A stretch of DNA of 64,000 nucleotides, taken from contig JAYZBB010000046.1 of the NCBI GenBank assembly GCA_036339415.1, positions 2,937-66,936 on the forward strand, written 5' to 3'. The position numbers and the translations under genes are program-made. Shown here piece by piece: positions 36,288-45,471 of this stretch (position 1 is the first letter of the stretch; the number at the start of each line of letters is the position of its first letter). This DNA comes from Bacteroidota bacterium (GTDB lineage Bacteria > Bacteroidota > Bacteroidia > Flavobacteriales_D > Sanyastnellaceae). Below the pieces are notes generated by a model. That model saw only the letters and a list, made by a program, of their open reading frames with translations, ran no database searches and was not told the origin of the DNA.

Positions 36288-37321
36288 CTCAGGAAAACGA
36301 ACCGTTGGAAGAACAGGGCGAGGAGCTTTTTGAGCATCATCGCCTCGTCGCAGACCCTGGTCAAGCTCCATTGAGGGTGGACAAGTTCATCATCAACTTG
36401 GTGGCGCATTTGTCTCGAAACAAGCTTCAGACAGCGGCCAAGTCAGGATATGTACGTGTCAATGGGGAACCGGTCAAGAGCAACCACAAGGTGAAGCCCG
36501 GCGATGTGGTGACAGTGGAGTTGCCTCAGCCCGTCTTCGAGTTTGAGTTGTTGCCGGAGGCCATGGATTTGGACATCATTTATGAAGACGAGGATTTGCT
36601 TGTCTTGAACAAGCCCATGGACATGGTCGTTCACCCGGGCCATGGCAATTATTCTGGCACATTGGTCAACGGCGTGCTCCACCATTTCCAAAACATGCCC
36701 AGTCTACCCAACCAACCTGAACCTCGGCCAGGTTTGGTCCATCGTTTGGACAAAGACACCACTGGGTTGATGGTCCTGGGAAAATCGGAACATGCATTGA
36801 CCCATTTGAGTGAGCAGTTTTTTGAGCGTACTGTGAATCGTCGGTATTGGGCGTTGGTGTGGGGTGACGTTTCAGAAGATGGCACGGTGACCGGACATGT
36901 GGGGCGCTCTTTGCGAGATCGTCGCATTCAGCAGGTCTTCGAGGACGGCAGGGAAGGGAAGCATGCCGTGACGCACTATCGAGTGTTGAAACGCCTTGGA
37001 CCTGTGACCCTTGTCGAATGCAAGCTCGAAACCGGACGCACCCACCAGATTCGCGTTCACATGCAACACATAGGTCACCCTTTGTTTGGCGACCCATCGT
37101 ACGGCGGCAACGTAGCTGTCAAAGGCGCCCCTGGAGGCAAGTACAATGCATTTCTTAGAAACATGTTCGAAGCACTTCCCCGGCAGGCGCTTCACGCCAA
37201 GACCTTGGGGTTCACACATCCAGGTTCGGGCAAAAGCATGGAGTTTGAGTCAGAATTGCCCGAAGACATGACGAAGGCTTTGGCCAAGTGGACCACCTAC
37301 ATTGAGGCATCCGGCATTTGA
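36284..37321 (+). CDS. rluD: RluA/RluD family 23S rRNA pseudouridine synthase
   Basis: S4-like N-terminus (RVDKFI...) and the catalytic HRLDKDTTGL motif. The ATG overlaps the upstream stop (ATGA). Confidence 0.9.
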   Translation: MTQENEPLEEQGEELFEHHRLVADPGQAPLRVDKFIINLVAHLSRNKLQTAAKSGYVRVNGEPVKSNHKVKPGDVVTVELPQPVFEFELLPEAMDLDIIYEDEDLLVLNKPMDMVVHPGHGNYSGTLVNGVLHHFQNMPSLPNQPEPRPGLVHRLDKDTTGLMVLGKSEHALTHLSEQFFERTVNRRYWALVWGDVSEDGTVTGHVGRSLRDRRIQQVFEDGREGKHAVTHYRVLKRLGPVTLVECKLETGRTHQIRVHMQHIGHPLFGDPSYGGNVAVKGAPGGKYNAFLRNMFEALPRQALHAKTLGFTHPGSGKSMEFESELPEDMTKALAKWTTYIEASGI

Positions 37322-37349
37322 GCGATGTAGGCGACAAGCCGCTGTCAAC

Positions 37350-39320
37350 TCAACGTGCCTTTTCAAGCTTTTCCACCTCTGAAAGCGCCTTTTCCCAGAG
37401 GTTGAGGCTTTCTTGCATCTCTTGCTGAACCGCTTCATACGCGTAGGCCAATTCTGTCACCTTGCTGCGGTCAGAAGGATCGACCTCAGCCATCGCGGCA
37501 TTGAGGTCAGCTTGCTTTGATTCGAGTGCGGCGACGTTTTTCTCATGGCGGTCCACCGCGTTTTTGGCTTTGCGGAGGGCTTTGTCATGAGCCTTTCTCG
37601 CTTTGTAATCGTCCCCGCCAGACGGGTTGAGGTTCTTGGTGTTCGAGGACTTGTCTCGCTTCTTGCGCTCGACCTTGACCGTTTTTTTCGCTTCGTAGGC
37701 AGTGATGCTGACAGCGTGTTTCTCGTGCAGGAATTGCTTGATGTCGCCGATGTACTGTTTCAGGCCTGTGGGGGTCACTTCGTACACTAGCTGCGTCATG
37801 TTGCTCAGGAAATCTCGATCGTGTGACACCACGACCAAGCTGCCATCGAATGACTGCAATGCCTCCTTGAGCACAGCCTTGCTCTTCAGGTCGAGGTGGT
37901 TTGTAGGCTCATCCAGAATGAGCACATTGTAAGGATGGAGCAAGAGCTTGCAAAGCGCGAGCCGGGCCTTTTCACCTCCTGACAAGACCTTGACCTTCTT
38001 GTCTACATCTTCACCGGAGAACAAAAAGGACCCCAACAATCCCCGAAGCTGCTTGCGAATGTCACCCACGGCGACTTCTTCAAGCGTTTCCATGACGGTA
38101 AGGTTGCCGTCAAGTTCGTCTGTTTGGTTTTGTGCGTAATATCCGATGTCCACGTTGTGGCCGATGTTCAACATGCCAGCGGTGCAGGACTCTTGTTGCA
38201 GAAGCATGCGCGTCAAGGTGGTTTTCCCCGCACCGTTTTTCCCCACCAGGGCCACCTTTTCTTGTCGCGCCATGATGAAATCCAACCCTTCAAACACGGT
38301 CAACTCGTCAAAGCATTTTTTCAGGTTGTTTGCCTCGAAGATCACCTTGCCCGATCGGGGGGCAGGAGGGAAGCGGAATCGGATTTGCAGGTTTTCAGCG
38401 GCGTCCACCTCCACCCGTTCCAACTTGTCCAACTTCTTGATCAAGCTTTGTGCGAATGCTGCTTTGTTCTTTTTGGCCCTGAATTTGTTGATGAGCACTT
38501 CCGTGTCTTGGATGTGTTTCTGCTGATTCTTGGCAGCTTGCTCTTGACGCGTGCGCTCTTCTTCCCGCCACCCTTGATAGACAGAGTAGGGACCTTTGAA
38601 GTCGTACAACTTGACACCACCAATTTCCACCGTCCGCTTGGTGAGTGTGTCCAAAAACACGCGGTCGTGCGAAATCAGAAGGATCGCACCTGGATGATGC
38701 AACAAGAATGACTCAAGCCATTCTATGCTTTCGATGTCGAGGTGGTTCGTGGGTTCATCCAAAAGCAAGAGATCTGGTTGCATCAACAGAAGTTTGGCCA
38801 GTTCCACCCGCATTTTCCATCCTCCACTGAATTCCGCCATGGTCCGGGTCATGTCGACCTTTTGGAATCCCAATCCCTGGAGGATGCGATGTGCTTGTTC
38901 CTCTGTGCTTGATGCACCGATGGCGTCGAGTCGTTCGTTGGCGTCGCTCAACTCTTGGATGAGCTCTGCATAGCTGTCGCTTTCGTAGTCCGTTCGCTCT
39001 GCTACTTCCTTTGTCAATGTTTGCAATCGGGATTCCAAAGCTTGCATTTCTGCAAAGGCTTGCATGGCCACTTCCATGACGGTCGCAGTTTCATCATGGT
39101 CCATTTCTTGTGGCAAATACCCAATGCGGTAGTCCTTGGGTGTATGGACAGATCCTTCTGAAGGCCGTTGCAATCCTGCAATGATTTTGAGCAGTGTGGA
39201 TTTGCCAGCACCATTGCGTCCAACCAGTCCAATGCGATCTTTGACCCCGATGGCCAGGTCCACCCCTTCGAACAACGTTCGGTCTCCAAAATGCACCCCC
39301 AATGACGTCAAATGCAGCAT
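37350..39320 (-). CDS. ABC-F family ATPase (two ABC domains, C-terminal coiled coil)
   Basis: Two Walker A motifs (GRNGAGKST, GKNGAGKTT), two LSGG signatures (FSGGWKMR, LSGGEKAR), no transmembrane domain, and a Lys/Glu-rich tail. The start was trimmed to ATG 39320. Confidence 0.92.
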   Translation of the reverse strand: MLHLTSLGVHFGDRTLFEGVDLAIGVKDRIGLVGRNGAGKSTLLKIIAGLQRPSEGSVHTPKDYRIGYLPQEMDHDETATVMEVAMQAFAEMQALESRLQTLTKEVAERTDYESDSYAELIQELSDANERLDAIGASSTEEQAHRILQGLGFQKVDMTRTMAEFSGGWKMRVELAKLLLMQPDLLLLDEPTNHLDIESIEWLESFLLHHPGAILLISHDRVFLDTLTKRTVEIGGVKLYDFKGPYSVYQGWREEERTRQEQAAKNQQKHIQDTEVLINKFRAKKNKAAFAQSLIKKLDKLERVEVDAAENLQIRFRFPPAPRSGKVIFEANNLKKCFDELTVFEGLDFIMARQEKVALVGKNGAGKTTLTRMLLQQESCTAGMLNIGHNVDIGYYAQNQTDELDGNLTVMETLEEVAVGDIRKQLRGLLGSFLFSGEDVDKKVKVLSGGEKARLALCKLLLHPYNVLILDEPTNHLDLKSKAVLKEALQSFDGSLVVVSHDRDFLSNMTQLVYEVTPTGLKQYIGDIKQFLHEKHAVSITAYEAKKTVKVERKKRDKSSNTKNLNPSGGDDYKARKAHDKALRKAKNAVDRHEKNVAALESKQADLNAAMAEVDPSDRSKVTELAYAYEAVQQEMQESLNLWEKALSEVEKLEKAR

Positions 39321-39352
39321 GTGTTGCAAGTTCGCATCCCTCGCTTTGGGGA

Positions 39353-39380
39353 ACAAAAAAAGGCCGCAGGAGATGCGGCC
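39353..39380 (-). terminator. Rho-independent terminator of the gldKLMN operon
   Basis: Minus strand: GGCCGCA-TCTCC-TGCGGCC followed by T8, located 25 nt after the gldN stop. Confidence 0.85.
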
Positions 39381-39404
39381 TTTTGGTTGTGTTTGAACAT
39401 CCGA

Positions 39405-40280
39405 TCAGTAGTGCCAGAGGTCGTGTTCCAAGTTGAACAACTCCTGCTGGATGCGCTCAGACTCGGCCAATTGCCACAATGGATCCGTCGCATACTTTGA
39501 AATGTAGCGGTCGAACGCGTTGTCCTCCTTGATGATGTAGCTCGAGAAATAGCGCTTCTGGAAGAGGTCCTCGTACGTCCTTCTTTGGGCATCGTTGAAG
39601 ATGTTGTAGACCTCGGCTTCGTCTGAAGCGAACCATTCTCTGCAGTGAGGATAGTAAAGCCAAAACATCGGCGTGTATCCAAGCTCCACGTCACCTTCCA
39701 TTTCCAACATCATCGGAGCAATTCCCAGGATTCGTACATAACGCTCGCTGCGCTGCTTGTCCCAGATCCATTCCTCCTTGATTCTGTATCGTTTGATGTT
39801 TTCGAAGTTGATTGGGGCAATGGTGTCTTTTTTGCCCAGGTACTCCAATGTTTCCTGGTCATACACGTCAATTTGATCTGTTTTTGTGAACAGGGCATTG
39901 ACTTCGTCTTTGGTTAGGATGGGGTGACGGAATTCGTCATCGAGATTGATCGGGGCATAGGCAATGATGCGCTCTTCTTCAAGGCCCATCTTGATGACGT
40001 CAATCAGATTTTTCCGATTGGCAATGGGTTCCTGAGGATAGTAGAACGGTTGATTGAACTTTTGCTCGAGGTCAATGTCTTGCCACACACGCTTTTTGTA
40101 CATGACGTCTGCTTCTCTCAAATGCGGGTAAGGAATGACCCGTTTGAAGTAGTTGTCATTTTCATAGGCTGCGTCAGGCGGCACATATGACCCTGTCAGA
40201 ACGCCGCTTTGTGCGTAGCCGGTGGCCACGGTGAGCAACGCAATGGCAGCCGACAAGATGGTTGTTGCAATTGACTTCAT
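39405..40280 (-). CDS. gldN: Gliding motility / T9SS protein GldN (PorN)
   Basis: Signal peptide, the READVMYKKRVWQDIDL motif, and a C-terminal FN..NDAQRRTYEDLF..RYFSSYIIKEDN pattern. It is the last gene of the gldKLMN cluster. Confidence 0.9.
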   Translation of the reverse strand: MKSIATTILSAAIALLTVATGYAQSGVLTGSYVPPDAAYENDNYFKRVIPYPHLREADVMYKKRVWQDIDLEQKFNQPFYYPQEPIANRKNLIDVIKMGLEEERIIAYAPINLDDEFRHPILTKDEVNALFTKTDQIDVYDQETLEYLGKKDTIAPINFENIKRYRIKEEWIWDKQRSERYVRILGIAPMMLEMEGDVELGYTPMFWLYYPHCREWFASDEAEVYNIFNDAQRRTYEDLFQKRYFSSYIIKEDNAFDRYISKYATDPLWQLAESERIQQELFNLEHDLWHY

Positions 40281-40290
40281 GCGTGTAATG

Positions 40291-42027
40291 TTATTTGACC
40301 TTCAAGGTGAGCGACGGCAATGGACGTTCTTCCCCATTGGGCATGACAGCTTTGATGTCCTTGATGATGAATTCATCGCCAACCCTGAATCGTTTCATCG
40401 CCGACTTCATGTCTTCGGTGAAAAACGGTGTGTTGGATTCAAGGGGAAGGGGTGAGCCATTCTTGAAGTAAAGCATGGTGAAATGGGTCACACGTGCAGT
40501 GACCTCAAAGTCGAAGTTTTCCAGCTCCGCCTTCATGGGCGGTGGGCTCGCAAGCTGCGCTTTGGAGATGAGCGGCCTTTTGAAATCAGCGGTTCCACAT
40601 TTCGCAACGGGATCTGGGATGCGCTTCACACGGAATTCTTTGTTCGGCATCCGCATTTCAGAGCCATCTTCGAGAGTGGCAGTGACCGAAATGGTGGCCG
40701 TGCGGAATTGAGTGGACTTGTTGGGAATCACCACCCAGCCATCTGACGTTTTCTTCAATTTGTGCCCATTGTTGATCGTGGGGCGAATGTTTTCCGCCGC
40801 GACACCAGGCACAGAAATTTCTACAGGATTTTCCAAACCACGGTAGAACACGTTCATCTTCGTGGGCGACACCACAAGCGCGGGTTGGGAGATGGTGATT
40901 CTAGGCGTGACGAACTTGATGCTTTCCGGCGAACCGTCAGGTTTGGTGTGGTTGAGGACTCCTCGGAACACGTAATCCCCAAAAGCCATGTTCTTGGTTG
41001 ACATTGCGAGCTTGCCGATGCCCAAAGAATCCAACTTGAGCGACATCAAACCCTCGGTGTCCATGACATTTTCAGGATCCATGGTGTACGACTCAGCAGT
41101 GCCTTTCCAGTTGTCATTCTCCACGAAAATTTCTGCCTTTTTCGTGGGGTCAAAGGCAGACAACAAGACGTCTGCCCTCAGCGTGTCTCCTTTCATCACG
41201 ATGCTGCTCGTCGGCACGACAAGTGGCTTCAAATCGGTGAACTTGTAAGACTTTGCGTCGATGCCGCTCAGCAACCATTTCAAGATGTCGGCTTCCGCAT
41301 CCTGGACGTCGATGAGCATTTTGGACATCAACGGCATGGTTGCTGCCAAGGGTACATGGTAAAATGTGGCACTTTCCCACGGCACGGGTTTGTCATTGTA
41401 CGTGCCGCCAGGGAATGAGAAGCGATCGTCCAATTGAGCCTTCAACGCGTCAGGAAGCACCCTTTCTTGGCCGCGATGGTCCAAAAACTTGATGGATTTC
41501 AATTCGTCCCGGTAGCTTTCAAGGCCCTTTTTGAGGTAGGCTGCTGACCATGGGTTGGCGTCGTCAAACAAGGGGTTGTTGATGTCCGCAACTCCCATGA
41601 ATCGCGTCAACTCCTGGTATTCATCCTTTTTTTTGTGCAATGCCAACGAACGTACAGTGTCACGGCCAAATTCGTTTTTGCCGTAGTACGTTTCCACCTC
41701 TGAAAGTTTCCCCTCGGACGCAGCCATTGCATGTGCCTTCAGCTGGACGATGTAGTCTTGCAGGTCAGAGCTTCTTTGGGAAACTTGTTCGGCGATTTCA
41801 GCAAAAGGACCAACGGTCTCTTCGTTGCTCAAATACTTTTCAGCCAGATGTTCCCTTGAGTCTCGGACCTTCTCGGCCAAAGTTTCTTGCGTTCCATTCA
41901 GGCTCTTCTCTACTTTGACGAATCCGTCGAGCACCTCTTTTGAGATGTTCAAAGCCAAAAGTGCGGTCAGGACGAGGTACATCATCCCGATCATCTTCTG
42001 ACGTGGTGTTTCTTTTCCTCCTGCCAT
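40291..42027 (-). CDS. gldM: Gliding motility / T9SS protein GldM (PorM)
   Basis: Characteristic N-terminus MAGGKETPRQKMIGMMYLVLTALLALN, a size of ~578 aa, and a position between gldL and gldN. Confidence 0.92.
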   Translation of the reverse strand: MAGGKETPRQKMIGMMYLVLTALLALNISKEVLDGFVKVEKSLNGTQETLAEKVRDSREHLAEKYLSNEETVGPFAEIAEQVSQRSSDLQDYIVQLKAHAMAASEGKLSEVETYYGKNEFGRDTVRSLALHKKKDEYQELTRFMGVADINNPLFDDANPWSAAYLKKGLESYRDELKSIKFLDHRGQERVLPDALKAQLDDRFSFPGGTYNDKPVPWESATFYHVPLAATMPLMSKMLIDVQDAEADILKWLLSGIDAKSYKFTDLKPLVVPTSSIVMKGDTLRADVLLSAFDPTKKAEIFVENDNWKGTAESYTMDPENVMDTEGLMSLKLDSLGIGKLAMSTKNMAFGDYVFRGVLNHTKPDGSPESIKFVTPRITISQPALVVSPTKMNVFYRGLENPVEISVPGVAAENIRPTINNGHKLKKTSDGWVVIPNKSTQFRTATISVTATLEDGSEMRMPNKEFRVKRIPDPVAKCGTADFKRPLISKAQLASPPPMKAELENFDFEVTARVTHFTMLYFKNGSPLPLESNTPFFTEDMKSAMKRFRVGDEFIIKDIKAVMPNGEERPLPSLTLKVK

Positions 42028-42038
42028 GTCTCAGAGGC

Positions 42039-42797
42039 TTAGCTGCGACCGCCACCCATGGCGTTCAACATGTTGCCGTAGACCGTGTTGAGGGAAGCGA
42101 GGTTCTTGGCGAGTTCCGAAATGTTCTCCTTGTAAACTTTCGTGTCTTCGACAGAATCGTTGAGGTTCTTGACGAGCTCACCCATTCCAGCAAACAGTTC
42201 TTTGTTTTGCTGGAGTTGCTGAAGTTGACCTTCGTACATGTCGTTCAACGACGTGAGGTTTGCGTTCATTTTGGCCAAACCGTCGCCGGTGGCCGCCCCT
42301 TCTTCGCTTGCTTTGACCAGTCCGGTGAGTCCCTGACTTACTTCTTCGTAGGTGGCACTCAGGTCATCCACTCGGTTGGAGGCTTTGACGAGCGCGTCGC
42401 TGTAACCTTTGGTTGCAACAGAGGCATCTGCGACTTCACCCATCTTCGTGGCCTGTTCACCAAGATGCTTCATGCCTTCACCAAGCTTTGTGATCAATTC
42501 TTCGTCAATGTTGGCCTTGGAGAGCATGTCGTCAAGTTGTGCTGTGGGAGCTTTTTCTCCTGCACCTTCACCGGTGGCCAATTGTGGGTACACGAGTGAC
42601 CAATCAGGCTCCTCATGAGGTTTTTCGAAGGCCGACATGAAGAAAATGAAGGCCTCGACGCCAAGACCAACAATCAACATCAACGACGCGCCAGGCAAGT
42701 GTTCGATTTTGAACAGTGCGCCGATGATCACGATGGCAGCACCCCATCCATAGAGCTTCGCCATAAAATTTTTCCACTGCTTGCTTCCGGGTTTCAT
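42039..42797 (-). CDS. gldL: Gliding motility / T9SS protein GldL (PorL)
   Basis: Two N-terminal transmembrane helices (YGWGAAIVIIGALFKIEH, LMLIVGLGVEAFIFFMSAFE) followed by a cytoplasmic coiled region. ATG at 42797; the listed start at 42821 is a TTG. Confidence 0.9.
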   Translation of the reverse strand: MKPGSKQWKNFMAKLYGWGAAIVIIGALFKIEHLPGASLMLIVGLGVEAFIFFMSAFEKPHEEPDWSLVYPQLATGEGAGEKAPTAQLDDMLSKANIDEELITKLGEGMKHLGEQATKMGEVADASVATKGYSDALVKASNRVDDLSATYEEVSQGLTGLVKASEEGAATGDGLAKMNANLTSLNDMYEGQLQQLQQNKELFAGMGELVKNLNDSVEDTKVYKENISELAKNLASLNTVYGNMLNAMGGGRS

Positions 42798-42891
42798 CTC
42801 ACGAGGTTTTTTTGGTTTCAATCAGCTGACGCTGTACAGGTTCGATTTATTGTGCGTTCCATGGTGTGGTTTCAAGTCACCATGGAGGTTG

Positions 42892-44307
42892 TTAGTTCCA
42901 CTCTTCTGGCAGTCCAGACTTGCCGCGCCCCAGGTAGGACATCACCGAACGGAATCCAATGTATGCCTTTGCGGTGTCGCTGTATTCGTAGGATCTGGTG
43001 CCAGTTTGACAGTAGTATCCAAAGTCCTTCCAACTTCCTCCACGAATGACTTTCCGTTTGAACGACGGACGGTCGTTTTTCTTGGCGTGGTAAACGTAGT
43101 CTGGGGCGAGGTCCCATGAAAAATCGTACACGGTTTCGTCGAAGGCAGTGTTGGTCCATTCCGCGACATTGCCGCTCATGTTGTACAATCCGTAATCGTT
43201 GGGACTGTATGATTCCACAGGCGCCGTGTAAGCGTTGGCATCTTCAACGTAGTCTCCGCGCATGGGCTTGAAGTTGGCAAGCACACATCCCTCTTGATTC
43301 CTGGCATACGGTCCTCCCCATGGAAAAGGAGCAAGGTCACGTCCACCACGTGCGGCATATTCCCATTCTGCTTCGGACGGCAAACGGAATCTCTGCACGT
43401 AGGTTTCCCCGTTTTTCATTTTCCACTCGTTCATGATTTGGGTACGCCAGGCGTTGAATGCTTTGGCCTGCCCCCATGTTACACCGACAACTGGGTAGTC
43501 GTCAAACGCAGGATGCCAGAAGTACATCTCGGTGTACGGCTCATTGTACGCGTAGGTGGCGTCCGAAATCCAGACGAGGGTGTCTGGATACACATTGATT
43601 TTTTCTTCAATGATGTATTGCGCTCGGTCGAGTTGACGCACTGTTGAGTGCAATTGACCCAAGCTGTTTTCGACCCCAAATTCCTCTGAATCCTCATTGG
43701 ATCCGCGACCTATTTTGAGGTTGTCATCGTTGTCTCGCCACTGGCGCTTGACGGCTGCCCCATCAAGATTGACCCAGTAGTAGGTGTAGTTGAGCTTTCG
43801 CGTGTCTAGCTCTCGACGGTCGTAAAACTGCTCGCTTCCTTGGAGGAAAAATTCATCGTACAAAATGTCGAAAACGTCCTCATCTGTCCAATCGATGGGC
43901 TCATCCCAATTGAGGATGAAGCCCTTCCGAATGAACCTGTCCAGTTCAATGCCCTCATCCGTCTCTGCCCGGAAGTATCGGTCGTCGTCATTGTCAGCAA
44001 GCGCTTGCAAGTACAACGAGTCGCGAACGTAATTGACAAACTGTCTGTATTCGTTGTTGGTGATCTCATGAACGTCCATGTAGAAAGGTGGAATGGTCAC
44101 CGTCTTGGAACGCGTGTTCAATGCAAAGGGAACGTCTTGGTCACTTGGTCCCATGGTGAAGGATCCAAAGTGGATGTAGTTCATTCCGTACGGATTGGAT
44201 TGCTCCCAGTACGGACGTTTTTGAACCCCAATCAGTTCACCCTGGGGCCCCATGTAGCAGGCTGTCATCAAGACAGGAGCCAGAAGGATGATCAGGAACT
44301 TTTTCAT
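42892..44307 (-). CDS. gldK: Gliding motility / T9SS lipoprotein GldK (PorK), FGE-sulfatase fold
   Basis: Lipoprotein signal (LLAPVLMTAC) and SUMF1/FGE-like motifs (EAEWEYAARGG, RGGSW). It is the first gene of gldKLMN. Confidence 0.92.
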   Translation of the reverse strand: MKKFLIILLAPVLMTACYMGPQGELIGVQKRPYWEQSNPYGMNYIHFGSFTMGPSDQDVPFALNTRSKTVTIPPFYMDVHEITNNEYRQFVNYVRDSLYLQALADNDDDRYFRAETDEGIELDRFIRKGFILNWDEPIDWTDEDVFDILYDEFFLQGSEQFYDRRELDTRKLNYTYYWVNLDGAAVKRQWRDNDDNLKIGRGSNEDSEEFGVENSLGQLHSTVRQLDRAQYIIEEKINVYPDTLVWISDATYAYNEPYTEMYFWHPAFDDYPVVGVTWGQAKAFNAWRTQIMNEWKMKNGETYVQRFRLPSEAEWEYAARGGRDLAPFPWGGPYARNQEGCVLANFKPMRGDYVEDANAYTAPVESYSPNDYGLYNMSGNVAEWTNTAFDETVYDFSWDLAPDYVYHAKKNDRPSFKRKVIRGGSWKDFGYYCQTGTRSYEYSDTAKAYIGFRSVMSYLGRGKSGLPEEWN

Positions 44308-44372
44308 GGAGTGGTTTTCTTGCGGATTGTAGAGGAATGTTTCAACGCTCGAAAGGCATGGTTTCGTGTGCC

Positions 44373-45335
44373 TTACAGGAACCGAGGGTTGGCATATTTG
44401 TTTTGAACAGGAGTCGTTTCGAATTTGAAGGCATAGGAAACGAACACCTCGTGAGTGCCGGAATTGTATGAACTCAACGCACTGAGGGTCGCACCAAAGG
44501 AGTAGCCCACTTTGATGTGCTGCTCACTGGAGCGAATGCCGTCGTTTTTGGGCGCAAGGGCTTTTTGAATTCCAGCGGAAGGAGCGATGGCATCGCCAAT
44601 GCGGTAGGTCAACCCACCCCAAACAAATTCGTTCCACAGCACATTCACGTTGACGTCGATGGCTGCGTATTGAAAGTCAGTTTTGGCCAACACATTGCTG
44701 CGCAGTATCAAATCGTTGCCACTCAGGGGATAGTCGTATCCGCCCATGAAGTAGAAGGTGCGCGCAGGAACAATGCTCAACGAGGACATTTGAACTTCTG
44801 CCACGTGGGTCATGGACAATCCTGCGTAGTATTCATTGGGCTTGCGAAGGAAAATCCCAAGATCAACGTCAGGGGATGTGCCGGAGGCGCCGTCGGCTGG
44901 AATGGCAGGATCGTCTCCGTCGTCTGCGGTGATCCACGTGCCCTTGTAGCTTTTGCTGAAGAGCGACAAGTTCAAACCGAAGCTCAACTCTGTGCCGTTT
45001 GTCATTGGCGCCAAGCGGTAGGCATAGCCCAATTTGACCATGGTGTTGGATTCCTGCCCAATCTCATCCTGGTACAATTGGAGGCCCAGCGCACCTGGAA
45101 TGAAGTCAACGTTCGAATGCACATTCAGAAGCGTCGTGGTCGGGCTTCCATTGAATCCAACCCACTGCTCTCTGTGCCAAGCACTGACGTGAGTAAGATT
45201 GTCTTGCCCTGCTGCACCTATGTTGAAGGCCGCGAGGTCGTTGAACCATTGAGTCATCTGGGGATCTTGTTGACCCCATGCTTGACTGGCCACAAGACAT
45301 GAGAACGACATGAAGATTGCAAGGTTGCGAATCAT
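44373..45335 (-). CDS. PorP/SprF family T9SS outer-membrane protein
   Basis: Signal peptide followed by QQDPQMTQWFNDLAAFN...REQWVGFNGSPTT, the PorP/SprF N-terminal signature, and a C-terminal beta-barrel ending in F-L. The start was trimmed to ATG 45335 (MIRNLAIF); the listed 168-aa extension overlaps the upstream gene. Confidence 0.85.
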   Translation of the reverse strand: MIRNLAIFMSFSCLVASQAWGQQDPQMTQWFNDLAAFNIGAAGQDNLTHVSAWHREQWVGFNGSPTTTLLNVHSNVDFIPGALGLQLYQDEIGQESNTMVKLGYAYRLAPMTNGTELSFGLNLSLFSKSYKGTWITADDGDDPAIPADGASGTSPDVDLGIFLRKPNEYYAGLSMTHVAEVQMSSLSIVPARTFYFMGGYDYPLSGNDLILRSNVLAKTDFQYAAIDVNVNVLWNEFVWGGLTYRIGDAIAPSAGIQKALAPKNDGIRSSEQHIKVGYSFGATLSALSSYNSGTHEVFVSYAFKFETTPVQNKYANPRFL

Positions 45336-45471
45336 CTTAGTTGATTGGTTTTCAGCAGGTTGTTGTCTCTGGCGTCCGCACAGAGTTTCGCTAATATACG
45401 GATTTTCCCGATGCAGGTCTGCGTGAGGCCTCGCGGGAGTTGCATGGGGTGAATCCAAACGTCCCATGCCG

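Noticed and set aside
41627-41634. Homopolymer runs inside coding regions as phase-variation switches (T8/A8 in gldM at 41627-41634, and a T8 in the alpha/beta hydrolase at about 61983-61990)
   Set aside because: They simply encode Lys-Lys(-Lys) within intact conserved proteins. The genes are core genes rather than contingency loci, and a single sequence gives no evidence of length polymorphism.
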